This document shows, piece by piece, positions 24,756 to 35,881 of a DNA stretch of 64,000 nt (the stretch's first letter is position 1; each line of letters opens with the position of its first letter). The translations under genes were made by a program, and so were the position numbers. The stretch covers positions 186,001 through 250,000 of the forward strand of contig JBDOQK010000007.1 in NCBI GenBank assembly GCA_040437565.1, written 5' to 3'. This DNA comes from Albugo candida (lineage: Eukaryota). The notes beneath the pieces were generated by a model. That model was not told the origin of the DNA and did no database searches. It saw only the letters and a program-made list of their open reading frames with translations.

Positions 24756-27700
24756 ATGACGTCGTCATTGGTAGAGCTATTGGATGGCACGTTATGCGCA
24801 ACAAATGAGCAGCATCGACAGCAGTGCGAGCATCAAGTCATGCATCTACTACATCAGCCAGACTCCACCTTTGCATGCGATCTCTGCTCTTTCCTCTTGT
24901 CCACCAACATCGACCATTCGTATCGCCAATTCGCATGCATTCTTCTTCGCCGATATATTCGAGCACACTGGTCCACCGCTTTGAGCGATGAAAACATCGA
25001 TCGCACACTAAGTACGATTCCCGCATTCACATTGACCCCGGCATACAAAGAGCAAGTGAAAAATGCACTTGTTCAAATCGTAAAACACGCGCTACCACAA
25101 TTCACAGACAGTAAGAGCCAAACCGCCTTATGTCTGATCCTCTCCTCGATTTTGGAAGCAGAAGCACAAGAATCAAACGAGATTCCATGGAAAGAGCTGA
25201 TGGAGCATGTAGTGTTTCTGTTTTGCAATGCTATCGCTTCTGATTCCACCCCAGAAGCTCGTCTTGTGACAGACTTTGTAACACGATTTCTTGCCCTCAT
25301 TTTGGAGCATTTCTCCGGTTTTCATTGTATAGGGATCTCTGAGCTTTTGTTTCCACATTTGCATCAAGCATTTACACGTTCGGAGCCTTCTATAATCTCT
25401 ATTGCAAGTCGGTGTCGCATCGTCCAAGTCGTACAGCAATTACTGATATCCATTGAAATGGAAGCACAAGTCGGTAACCTCTCTGCCAAACAAGTAATCG
25501 ATCGATACTTACTTCCCTGGTGTCAAGAATTCGCAAAAGAATTACATTATGTGCGACCGAATCAATATTTTGCAATTCAAATTCGAATCGTATCGTGTCT
25601 TACGACATTTATACGCGAAGGATTTGAATTTGTCACGCAATTCCTTCCTGAATTGTACCGTCCAATGCTACTTACTTTACAAGTCGCTCTTCCCAATTTT
25701 GAATTGCGTGTTGTATGCTCTCAATCCGAGGAAGCAAATGAATTGGAATCCGATTTCAGTGAATTGCAGGACGTGGATACTGAAGACACACAACTTGGCA
25801 CAATTCCGTTCGTAATGGCGTGCATCGAATTTATCCAAATGATACTCTCAGCTTCCACAAAACAGACACGAGAATGGATATGTGCGAGTCTCTATGACCT
25901 CTGGAAGACACTCATTCCGTATCTCGTGATCACAGAGAAGCAGCAAAGTCTATGGAAAGACGTTCCGGAGGAGTACCTCGCCGATGAAGAGGATGCAAGT
26001 CCGACGTATACGATCCGTCATGCTGCAATGGATCTTCTCAATGAGATACAGAGTGTGATTGGAGCACATGCTGGTGGTCGTAATAGCACACATATCGTCA
26101 CTACGATCATAAAGGTCGCAAAGCTGTATTTGCATCAGAATGTGTCGGAGGTATCGCCAGAATTGCTTTGGAGACGTCAGGAAGCTTCATTACTCCTTCT
26201 TGGATCCCTGGTAATCACAGAAGACGCAGACGGTCTCATTCAACATATTGAGACTTTCCAAGAATCCCTCTCAATCGATGTTTTTTTCTCACAAATTGGA
26301 CATTTGATCAGTGATTCCCAGCAACATCCACTTCTTCGAGGTAGAGCTTTATGGTGTGCGAGTCATTTCGCTTGTGCAATGTCGTGCGAGTTGCTCGGAA
26401 AATACCTTGAGATTTGTATCTCTTGTATGGATATGGCTCACTTCCTCCCAATTCGATTGAATGCTTATCGTGCAATTTCCCATTTTCTCTGTGCTGCTTT
26501 AAACACACGAAACGAAGCAGAAAGAGATCAGATTTACGCTCTTGCAACACACGCTCTACAGCGACTTTGCGTATTGATGAATCAAACTTCCGATGAATGG
26601 GTTCATATCGCAGATGGATCAGTGAAAATCGCACAGATCAAGGGAATCAGGATTGATCCACACATCGCTGGTAGCGTCTTGGAAGTGTTTCTGTCTCAAT
26701 GGATCCAACATCTCAATGATCCTGTGTTTTCAGAGCTTTTACTGAGCGTCACCACAGCATTTTTGGAGACGAGAAATATCAGTACTTTGAATGTGGTTCA
26801 TGAAAAGCTTATCATTCCAATGCAGTCGAGTCTGAGGAGCTATACGCCTGATGATACAACAAAGAGCTGCACAGCTGCAAGTTTAGCTCTTGATCTTCTC
26901 CAGAGCATGCTGAGACACTCGTTCGTCTATTTCTACCGTCTTAACAAGCACGAAAATGTGGATACGTCGGTCGAAAAACTGGGATGTCAGCTGATCCATC
27001 ACTTGCTGGATCTCTTGATTAAGGTCATGGAAGTCACAGATGATGAGAGAATGCTTCATACCGGTGCAGAATGTCTGAAATGGCTCGTTGTGTTCTCACC
27101 GCAAGCGCTTGCGCAGCACAGTTGCATGGATCCTGTCAGTGGAAGAGCATACTCAGCCGTCGAGCGGATTGTGCAATTAACAGAAAAATTGCTTACACCG
27201 TCAATGAGTGATGCAAGCGCTCTGAATGTCGGTGGGCTATTGACCCAATTGCTTTCAAAATGTAGCGAAATGGAAGATTCTCAGTCGAGATCTCTTTTGT
27301 CTCCTAATGTCGTACGAGGGATGTTACTTGCGGTGTCTTTGCGTCTTACAACGGCAGAGCTCCCGTCTCTCATCCAAGCACTTTGTATGGTGTTTGCGCG
27401 ATTGATTATCACACACGGAAAGGGCTTTTTGGACGAGTTGGAGCGCTTACCGGCGCCACAATGTTTGCCGGGAGCGAAGTACGAATCAGATGTGATTCCA
27501 CGTCCGAAAAATCTGCTGGAATTTGTGTTTCGTTTCTGGATCGAAAAGCAATTGGATTTTTACGGAGTCAATTGTCTTAAGGTCACATTGAGCGCATTGC
27601 TTCAAATATTGGAATGGCGAGATCCTCGAGTCATGCAGCTTGTAGTGCATGGCAATGAGATAGAGTCACTGAATTGTACTCTCACGCAAGGCGACACTCA

Positions 27701-28151
27701 GCGGCGGTCACGTCGTCTTCAAGCGCGTTCTACGCCATGTGGCGCATCTATTGCTCCAAAACCCATTCATTTTGGTACCAAGCTTGTCATTGTTCTTGCC
27801 AACACTTTGACCCAATTGGATGAAGAGGATGAAGGAGAGTGGGAATCTTCCGATGAAGAAGCTATTGACTCTACTGACCAAGCTTCTGCTGGTAAGAATG
27901 CCCGTGAAACCCCCGAGTCGACAAAGTATCGACTGGTTTTTGATCCTTGGCTTAACGGGAACGAAGATGTGGCACAAGATGAGGAGGCTTTGAATTGTCT
28001 TCTTGACTCAAGTCAGCAGATGAGTATAGGGCTTATCGTGTCGACAGTGCAGCGTTTTATGCAAGATCCGATAGTGATGAATTCAGTGGGATCAGAATTG
28101 TCCATTACCGATCAGAAAATGGTGACGGCCATGCTTCAACGTAGTTGTTAG
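24756..28151 (+). CDS. IPO9: Importin-9-like karyopherin beta (HEAT repeats), intronless
   Basis: IBN_N (RQFACILLRRYIRAHW), W..VPEEYLADEED...TIR, WRRQEASL, HPLLRGRALW, SLIQALCMVFARL, acidic C-terminal loop. Confidence 0.82.
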   Translation: MTSSLVELLDGTLCATNEQHRQQCEHQVMHLLHQPDSTFACDLCSFLLSTNIDHSYRQFACILLRRYIRAHWSTALSDENIDRTLSTIPAFTLTPAYKEQVKNALVQIVKHALPQFTDSKSQTALCLILSSILEAEAQESNEIPWKELMEHVVFLFCNAIASDSTPEARLVTDFVTRFLALILEHFSGFHCIGISELLFPHLHQAFTRSEPSIISIASRCRIVQVVQQLLISIEMEAQVGNLSAKQVIDRYLLPWCQEFAKELHYVRPNQYFAIQIRIVSCLTTFIREGFEFVTQFLPELYRPMLLTLQVALPNFELRVVCSQSEEANELESDFSELQDVDTEDTQLGTIPFVMACIEFIQMILSASTKQTREWICASLYDLWKTLIPYLVITEKQQSLWKDVPEEYLADEEDASPTYTIRHAAMDLLNEIQSVIGAHAGGRNSTHIVTTIIKVAKLYLHQNVSEVSPELLWRRQEASLLLLGSLVITEDADGLIQHIETFQESLSIDVFFSQIGHLISDSQQHPLLRGRALWCASHFACAMSCELLGKYLEICISCMDMAHFLPIRLNAYRAISHFLCAALNTRNEAERDQIYALATHALQRLCVLMNQTSDEWVHIADGSVKIAQIKGIRIDPHIAGSVLEVFLSQWIQHLNDPVFSELLLSVTTAFLETRNISTLNVVHEKLIIPMQSSLRSYTPDDTTKSCTAASLALDLLQSMLRHSFVYFYRLNKHENVDTSVEKLGCQLIHHLLDLLIKVMEVTDDERMLHTGAECLKWLVVFSPQALAQHSCMDPVSGRAYSAVERIVQLTEKLLTPSMSDASALNVGGLLTQLLSKCSEMEDSQSRSLLSPNVVRGMLLAVSLRLTTAELPSLIQALCMVFARLIITHGKGFLDELERLPAPQCLPGAKYESDVIPRPKNLLEFVFRFWIEKQLDFYGVNCLKVTLSALLQILEWRDPRVMQLVVHGNEIESLNCTLTQGDTQRRSRRLQARSTPCGASIAPKPIHFGTKLVIVLANTLTQLDEEDEGEWESSDEEAIDSTDQASAGKNARETPESTKYRLVFDPWLNGNEDVAQDEEALNCLLDSSQQMSIGLIVSTVQRFMQDPIVMNSVGSELSITDQKMVTAMLQRSC

Positions 28152-29107
28152 CGTACAAGTATCTCCGATTTGAGTTTTCACTCGATATAATTTCATTCAT
28201 TGTGTTTGATCGCTTCCGACACACACCCACACAAACCAGGTGCATTCTACTCGTAGCACAAGGGGAAAGTATAAACACCACTATCGTGCCGCCAATTCTG
28301 GTTTCCACGGAGTCCATTAAATGGTTGCAAGAGAGATACTTCCGTGATACTCGAATGACTGATGGTTATGGGTCTTTCGCTGAGATACGAGGAAGTAGTT
28401 GTGGGAGAAAGTATATATTGACCCGGCAGAGCAGAAAACGAGCTGAGGATAGCTGAGTATATTCTGTAATTCGCTCTGCGAACTCGATTCTTTCTGCATA
28501 TGGCTGCTGCTATGACAGTGACAACTCTCATACTTCTCATTGCCATCATGCAATGGTTTTTTACATGCTGAGTGGCATGAAATGACGACGCACGAGACTT
28601 TAGTCTTTGTGTTTGTGAGGAACGGATGTCTGCAGCTCGGTTATACTTGACCAGGTGTCTATCGATTTGAGACTTGATGAAGCTTTCCGTCGCTGCACAC
28701 CACTTCGTCAAATCATTCAGTTAATGAAAGCCCGATGTCATCAATCTTTATTTTTCGACCTCGTTCTTTGCTTGCACACAATCACATCGGAGCTGAGATA
28801 ATTATCGATCAGGTACTCTACTTGACAAATTTTAGTCTCCAGCATTTCGTTTGATCCAACTCGGTTCAAAGAAGAGTTTGCTTCTCTCATAAGGCAAAAG
28901 AATAGGGATACTATGTATCGCTTCCCTACATGTGCGCCTAAAGGGAGAGCACATGCCTATAAAAGCATGAGACAAGGAACGGTTGATTTTTTTCATATTG
29001 AACGCAGAAATCTTACTGGGGTCTATTCATCTTCGATAGAATATTGTATACTGTCCAGCAGGATCGTACAGTTTTTTGAAATCTTGAGAGAACAAAAACA
29101 AGAAGGA

Positions 29108-30572
29108 ATTTGTGCTGTTTGTGCATAGGACAAGGGGGTATATTTCTGCTGATACTTCTCCAACAGATTCAGTGGGACTATTAAAACGATAGCAAAGGAG
29201 AAAATGAAGTCGATTCAGTGAGGCGCCCGCGAACTGACACTTTATTTGGCGAAGAAAAACGGCGATTTCCAAGTTATGACGATGCTATTATCGATAACTT
29301 ATCCAAAGATGATTGTCCACAGGAATTCAAAGATACTTATTTGAATGAAAAACTTTTCATGCATCCTGATCGTCAATTGCATCAATTTTTTTATCAAACT
29401 GTGCCGAGACAGAAAGGAATCCATGTGCTGGCCCAGTTGCCAGCAAATGCTTGGAAACGACGAAAAGTACGTGGAGAAATCACGAGTACATATGGAGATA
29501 AATTGCGAGACGAGGACATAAGTGTTCTCACTATTTTTAAAAATTTTGAAGCGTTTATTTCATCCTCTTTGCCTATGAAACACCCGATGACTGATAGCAG
29601 ATTGGTTGACCAATTTCCAGAGTTTTTGAGCATTCGACAGACAGATATATCCAGCCAGATGCGTTTACTGATGCCCGAAACTGGCTCATAACTTTTACTG
29701 ATTCAAATTGAAAATCTAGCAAGTGGGATATGCTTATTCGATCTTCGTTTATAATAACGGCATTTCTCTTGAAATTTCCTGTCCGAGTTTACAGATATAA
29801 TGAATTCAACTCTCCTACGACACATTTAAAGCGGCCAAAATTTGTACTTTGGATGGACGACGTTTTGGTAATGGAAGGATTTAAAAAAGGGCCTTCAAAG
29901 TGCACGTAGCCAAGGAAAAGCTAGTCACAAAAATGAAGGAATTGCACTTACCCGTATTCGGAAACATGCCATTTCTGCTTGCATATGCCGCAGCATATTC
30001 ATGAATGCAGTTTTTTGCCATTGATCGATCGTTGAATGTCAAGCCAATATCACATGATCTTGATTTGACATTTTGGTAGCACATCCGATGTGTAGTATCA
30101 TCGATCAACAATTGTCGAATTCTCAACCATTATCAGCGTCTGCTTCCTCGAGGTATTTTGCCAATGTTCAAAGAATTACGGAAGAACAACGCAACTATTA
30201 CACTGTACGAAGATCACGTGATAGCGGTGATGGCTATTTGTGAAGCGATACGGCGGAAAAAATACAATGTACCATTCGTTGCAACTATTATAGAGAAGAA
30301 CGAACGTTCAGGATGCGGCCAGTGGGTTATCCAAAGATACCAGGCAGTGATTTGGAAATGATTCCTGCCTTAATTTGCGTCGCACGTGCTCTTATTGGTT
30401 TCATGCGCTGGGATATGTCAATAGGGATATACGCTGGCCAAATGTTCTGTGCTTGGTAGACGATTCGTATACCCTAACCGGTTTTGAAAAAGCTGGACGC
30501 GATGGTGATCAAGTTCCTGATTCACTACCGGAGTCGCAAGTCCTTGATCCCTTGGTAACGTCTGATATGTAA
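29108..30572 (+). pseudogene. CRN: Crinkler (CRN) effector pseudogene: LYLAK/HVLxxxP N-terminus + REase-like + kinase (CRN8/D2-like) C-terminus
   Basis: Read across frameshifts: FVLF/CIGQGGIF/SADTSPTDSVGLLK/IAKEKMKSIQ*GARELTLYLAKKNGD (LYLAK 29240-29254); HVLAQLP at 29422-29442; KRPKFVLWMDDVLV, AKEKLVTKM, FGNMPFLLAYAAA; HALGYVNRDIRWPNV at 30402-30446. Several stops and frameshifts. Confidence 0.85.
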
Positions 30573-31859
30573 TCGTCGATGAATCTGTCGTTGAACGGTA
30601 AACCGGACAAATACAAAAAGATGCTTCTCGTAACGATTCAACAGTGAGCTCGAGACAGTTAAAATTCAATGCAGTGAATAGAGTGCAATATCTGTTCATC
30701 AATTGGGTCTCTCCTTTCGCTTGTTGGTGCTTGCTACTCATATATGTTTTCATTCAGTGGCATACGTTCTTCTGCATAACAAATATGCGTCTGTCGGAGT
30801 AATTTCGCTGAGATTATTCGATCGTAACTGCTTGAAATAGACATATCATCTGTATGTTTATCTAGCATCTGCGTATGAAGCACTATCAGCAACGTAGGAG
30901 CCATCTTTTTTGAAAATCTCGCTCTACAATTTCGGAATACAGTGACAAGCTTTTAGACAAAGTNNNNNNNNNNNNNNNNNNNNNNNNNNNNNNNNNNNNN
31001 NNNNNNNNNNNNNNNNNNNNNNNNNNNNNNNNNNNNNNNNNNNNNNNNNNNNNNNNNNNNNNNATTGGGTCTCTCCTTTCGCTTGTTGGTGCTTGCTACT
31101 CATATATGTTTTCATTCAGTGGCATACGTTCTTCTGCATAACAAATATGCGTCTGTCGGAGTAATTTCGCTGAGATTATTCGATCGTAACTGCTTGAAAT
31201 AGACATATCATCTGTATGTTTATCTAGCATCTGCGTATGAAGCACTATCAGCAACGTAGGAGCCATCTTTTTTGAAAATCTCGCTCTACAATTTCGGAAT
31301 ACAGTGACAAGCTTTTAGACAAAGTACAATACAAACAATGAAGTATCAATTTGCGCCAAACCATCTTTGACATGCTAGATAATTCATGGCGTTCAGTGGG
31401 TTTTCGTGTGAATTTAACTAGCAGCCAGGAAGAATGCTAGCTGGAGATTGTGAAGAGTGAAATAATTCACCCGAATGACATCTATGCCGTTCTACTTTTG
31501 GTGAGGCGATTTTCTCGTCCCTTATTCTCGTGAACTTAGAGCATGCATCAATCAACTACACGATGAAGTCAAATGCGCACCCTCGAGTGCAAAGTACGTA
31601 AGTCTGTTTCTTATGATATCTCACTTTATCGAAGCTAATATCATCGAGAGTTGTAGTGCTCCAATTTTTCATGCGAGCATTTCTTACGTCTGATCGCCAA
31701 AACGTTTCTCATGAGGCTCGCGTCAATATCGGACTATTCTGTTTGTTGATAAGCATACCCTCCAATTCCTGCACGTTTACTTGTGAGTAGCCGACGGAGA
31801 AGCGCCCAATGCTCATATCAGACATGCGACCGTCATCTATCGACTTCAATTGCAAGAAC

Positions 31860-32120
31860 CTTCTCTTCAAAATTCAATTATAAAGATCCCTGCGATCAAC
31901 TCATATTAATCTACCTTTCGATATTCAAGAATTCTCTATATATTTCCAAAGAGTTGTGCTTGTATGGAAGTTTACATGATTATGGCCCTCCACATGCTAT
32001 GATTGACGATAGAGTGAAGACTCAATATCTTCATGTACATCCTGTATTCTGCCGTTGCCGTTAAATACCAGTAGTCATCTTATGTATCTACAGCTCGAGT
32101 GTCATGAATTTTGTTCAATA
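31860..32120 (+). pseudogene. Possible degraded Ser/Thr kinase fragment
   Basis: LIYLSIFKNSLYISKELCLYGSLHDY...QYLHVH resembles kinase subdomains IV-VIa; no intact HRD or DFG. Confidence 0.3.
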
Positions 32121-33432
32121 TTTTGATGTTCGACGTAGTTGCGATTATACATGTTTTGGCTAAAGTTGCTCTTTTTAAACAAAGTCGGTTTTGCAGGTAC
32201 CCGAATGAGTCAGGCGACGAGCATTCACACATTATAAATGAAGCCGATAGTACGATGTGTTATACGCCGTACATAGCTTCCCGCACTTCACAAACAGAAT
32301 TTTTGGTCAGTCCGATCACTCAAATGGTCCGATGATTCCTTAGAGATTACAGATACTCGAATCGCAAACCAAGTAGTTCAACCCAGGTGATTATTATCTA
32401 ACGTTTAGCTTTGCTCGACTTCAATTACGATGGTGAGTGGCTAGCTGCATATTTGGATCACGGACGCGTTGTATTGTGCTTGGAGTGAGTCTGCTATGGA
32501 AGAGACGCGTACACATCAGTCGGTGAAATCATTGAATAATGTCATGCATAATAGCCTCAACGCTCAAAACACACGCAGTCTGATAATTGACGTAATATCT
32601 TCGAAATTGTAGGCAGGATCGAGGCTGAAGGCTGTAACAGAGCAAAACACTGATTCCTACTTGCTGACGTATTATTGAATTTTCGATCGATTTCCTGTAC
32701 TATTGACACGTTAAAGTGTCACCGGTGATCGTTTAGCTTGTTGACAAGTCATACTCACTAATCAGGCGAGAGAGCAACTCATAACGACTCCAATATCGAA
32801 GCCAATCGAGAAGAGAACTGATGCGAGCTTCGGTCACAATATATGATAGAATATTTTGACATGAACGAAATAAATCAGTCAAGATGATACAGACTCTGCC
32901 AATAAACTGCCTCAAAGCTATTCGGAAGAGATTTTCGTGTTAGGAACTCATCGGCGCGTGTACGGTGAAATGGTTCCTAGATGAGTAGTAGAAATTCAGC
33001 ACCCTGGATCTTGAGTCGTGAGAATCAGCAGTGCTTTTGTGCCTTGCTCGAAATGAGTAATTATTCCACGCAACAGAAACATCTCCGCACGTATTGCAGT
33101 ATGTGGAGACTTACTTTTGAAGGTATTAACACGGGAAGCTGTGCAGTTTTTTGGCGATTACACAATGGTCAGAAACTATATCAAAATTCTTATCGAATAA
33201 GTCTGAACGCAAGGAATCAAACATGGCGAAGCGAAGCGTGAGATGTTTTACTTTACAGGATGATCCTTTTGCAAGGAGTTTTAGAAAAAAATAAGGTTCC
33301 AAGAGTACAGGCAACACGACCGAAAAACATCTCAGTATGGACATCTAGCGGTATAAGCGCATCTCATAGTTCTCAAGTGTTTTAAGCAAAAGAATCCATT
33401 CGGAATTCAAAGATATGCAGCCGTGAACATCG

Positions 33433-33889
33433 CTACCCGAAGCATGTTACTAAGGCAATCCCACCAGAATTTAGGAGGCATATGAATGCTTCACCTGTCT
33501 CTGTGTTTCGCGCAAAGATGTTTTTCATGGAGAAATTGAGTCGGTAAAGTAATATCGCTACATAAAATAATATACATTGGAGCTTCGGAAGTGGTATAAA
33601 AACTTTCTTCTGTGCGCACTGAACGCAAAGTCGGATTAGTACCTTTGCACACTCAAAAGACTGAGACTTTGTCTCCCAGTATGTAGCGATGGCTAAATAC
33701 TGCTGGCAAATTCGAGTGATCAGGTTTATTGATGATTGCGAATGCACCGTATACATACTTGAGTACAAAAGTCCCGTCAGATGCGCTTTTCCTTGCGCGA
33801 TGGTAGAATGAATGAGCAGATTTTTTAGACCACACAGTGGTTGATGAATACATGCACAAAATGGTCAACGAAAAGGTGGATTTCACATA
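33433..33889 (-). pseudogene. Possible frameshifted secreted Cys-containing protein relic
   Basis: Signal-peptide-like KSTFSLTILCMYSSTTVWS directly after an out-of-frame ATG; overlapping ORFs 33653-33886 and 33433-33768 could join by one frameshift; CVQC and further Cys residues. Confidence 0.25.
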
Positions 33890-34658
33890 CTTATTCCGAG
33901 AGTTTATGCTCCACTACTTCATGAGCCATTTGGAAAATCGAATCGCGAAGCCAAGATGATAGAATTGTTCAGCGAGAATCCCGAACGAGCTGTTGTTTAC
34001 TGGAAGTCTTGCTCGTTATCGCAACCTTCTAATAATGGAATATATAAAGCTTCTGGCTCTTGCCTCATCGAGTGCTTGCCGTGGTTGAAACGCCAGAGTC
34101 TCGATTTGTACTGTATCATGTTTACAGTCTGAAAACCCCTTATAGGTCTTCATCACACCTTATCTGGTCGGATAAACATGCATCATCAACCGTGTAGCTT
34201 CACAAGAGGTAGGGAACTCCAGTGAGACGAGCAATGAGGCAACAGCTCAAGGTGGTAGAGAAGACCAAATTGACTAGAGGAGACCTTTTTTTGCAATCAA
34301 GATTAGCAAATTTGTCTTTGGTTTGCAATGCTGGAAATCTATTGAAGGTTCTGTGCTCAAACAAGGCCTACATCTCGTACCAGTAGAATCATCAAAGAAT
34401 GTGTTTGAATGAGCACAATGCAGCAATCGATTATCTGGGCAAACGGCGTCACAGCTTTAGTCAGCGAAAACTTGCGGTGTTCCGAATCTGCATATCACTG
34501 GAAGCAGATAAGCGACACATCGCTACTTGTACGGGCTCTCTTTATATTTTTTATTGTTACTCACATTTCTTATCTCTCGCTACTTTTATTTTGTTGATGC
34601 GGAGATAAAGGAAAAATTGTGTAGCATTCATTGTGACGTGGTACACAATTTACGTGAA

Positions 34659-35823
34659 ATGGAACGACATCCATTTCTACGACAATTCGGTTTGGGGTTT
34701 GCCGCTGCCAGTAACCACAATTCATAGTAAACGTAGTTGTAATCTGTCAACTTACATGCGATCTCTTCAGTAGTAGGCTCTGGTCGCGTGTTGCGTGATC
34801 CTTCCGTACGCTCGCTTCTTTGGAGGTAAAATCTCGCTCTTTACATCATTCTTCATACTGTTTCAAGTGTTCTCCCCGTAGAGATGCGAAACTCTTATTA
34901 CTCGCTAGCATGAGTGCAATGGTCCTCTTCAAAGTTGTCGTATTCCCCTTCAAGCTTGTCATTTCGCTGCTTCCTCTCGGTCGACAAATGGAGCAAAATC
35001 TGGATGATTGGATGAGTTCATTTCTTACTCTGTTACCTTTTTCGATGCTGACAGCTTTTCGGTCGCTGAGATTCCATTCAACCGAAGATGTATTTTTTCA
35101 GGGACTGGCGCTGCGAGACAAACAATCAGCTCAACGTATTCGGTCTATTCGTCCAGTGAGATGGGACTGGGAATATATCTTCCATTTGGCGCGATACATT
35201 GCCTTGCAATTAGCATTAGGCCTCATCATGCTTGTGTTTTCACCAATTTTGGGTGCATTGGTACCTTTGGTAGAATTCGCACATCAGTAAGCGCTTGTAC
35301 AGTTGTATCGTGTGACTCACTAACGCTATTTCTTCGTAGAACAAGGCGTATGGAAGTGATGTATTGGTTTCCAGTTCTCATCGGTTTCTATTTCGAAACG
35401 AGCCGACCGGTTTCCATTTGGATCGTGCGAGTTTGGATGCAGGCTCGTGCGGTCAGTCGAGAGCTTTTCGAGCCCATCATTTCCAGGCGTAAACGTATCG
35501 TCAAGCAGCAACACCAAAAGCAGAAGAAGCGTCACAAACGATTCTCTCCAGGTTTCTTCACCTGTTGGAGAGCGGTACTGATGCAACCTGGTCAACAAGC
35601 TGAACGTGAAGTCGTGCCTCTCAGTGAAGCAGAAGAATCGCCAGTCATGAAGTGCAAAAGCGAATCTGCTCGACTTGGATTCGCATTTGTATTCAGCTGC
35701 TTCCTTGGTATCCCATGGATAGGACCTTTTGTATGGTTCCTTGGATTTGTCACCGCAGGATACTTTGCTCCTGAACTGATCCAAGTCGAGTCACTACTGG
35801 ATACATCGCCTGATTGCAAGTAA
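34659..35823 (+). CDS. Multi-pass membrane protein (possibly EI24/CysZ-like); 4 exons
   Basis: MERHPFLRQFGLGFAAA exon splices by GT-AG introns into hydrophobic ORFs; SRELFEP, LGFAFVFSCFLGIPWIGPFVWF. Confidence 0.7.
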
Positions 35824-35881
35824 CAAAGCATATTCTGTTGGCGACATCTCTATTGCAGACCCGATTACTTGTGCGGGTCAA

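Noticed and set aside
28247-28711. 154-aa minus-strand ORF
   Set aside because: Non-ATG start, no recognisable motif, and located in decayed sequence.
28790-30827. Similar short motifs (gctgagataattatcgatc and gctgagattattcgatc) on either side of the CRN relic
   Set aside because: Too short and imperfect to call terminal repeats or a target-site duplication.
30702-31325. 262-bp direct repeat resembling LTRs
   Set aside because: The copies abut a 100-N gap exactly as other overlaps do; no internal retroelement ORF or target-site duplication is visible.
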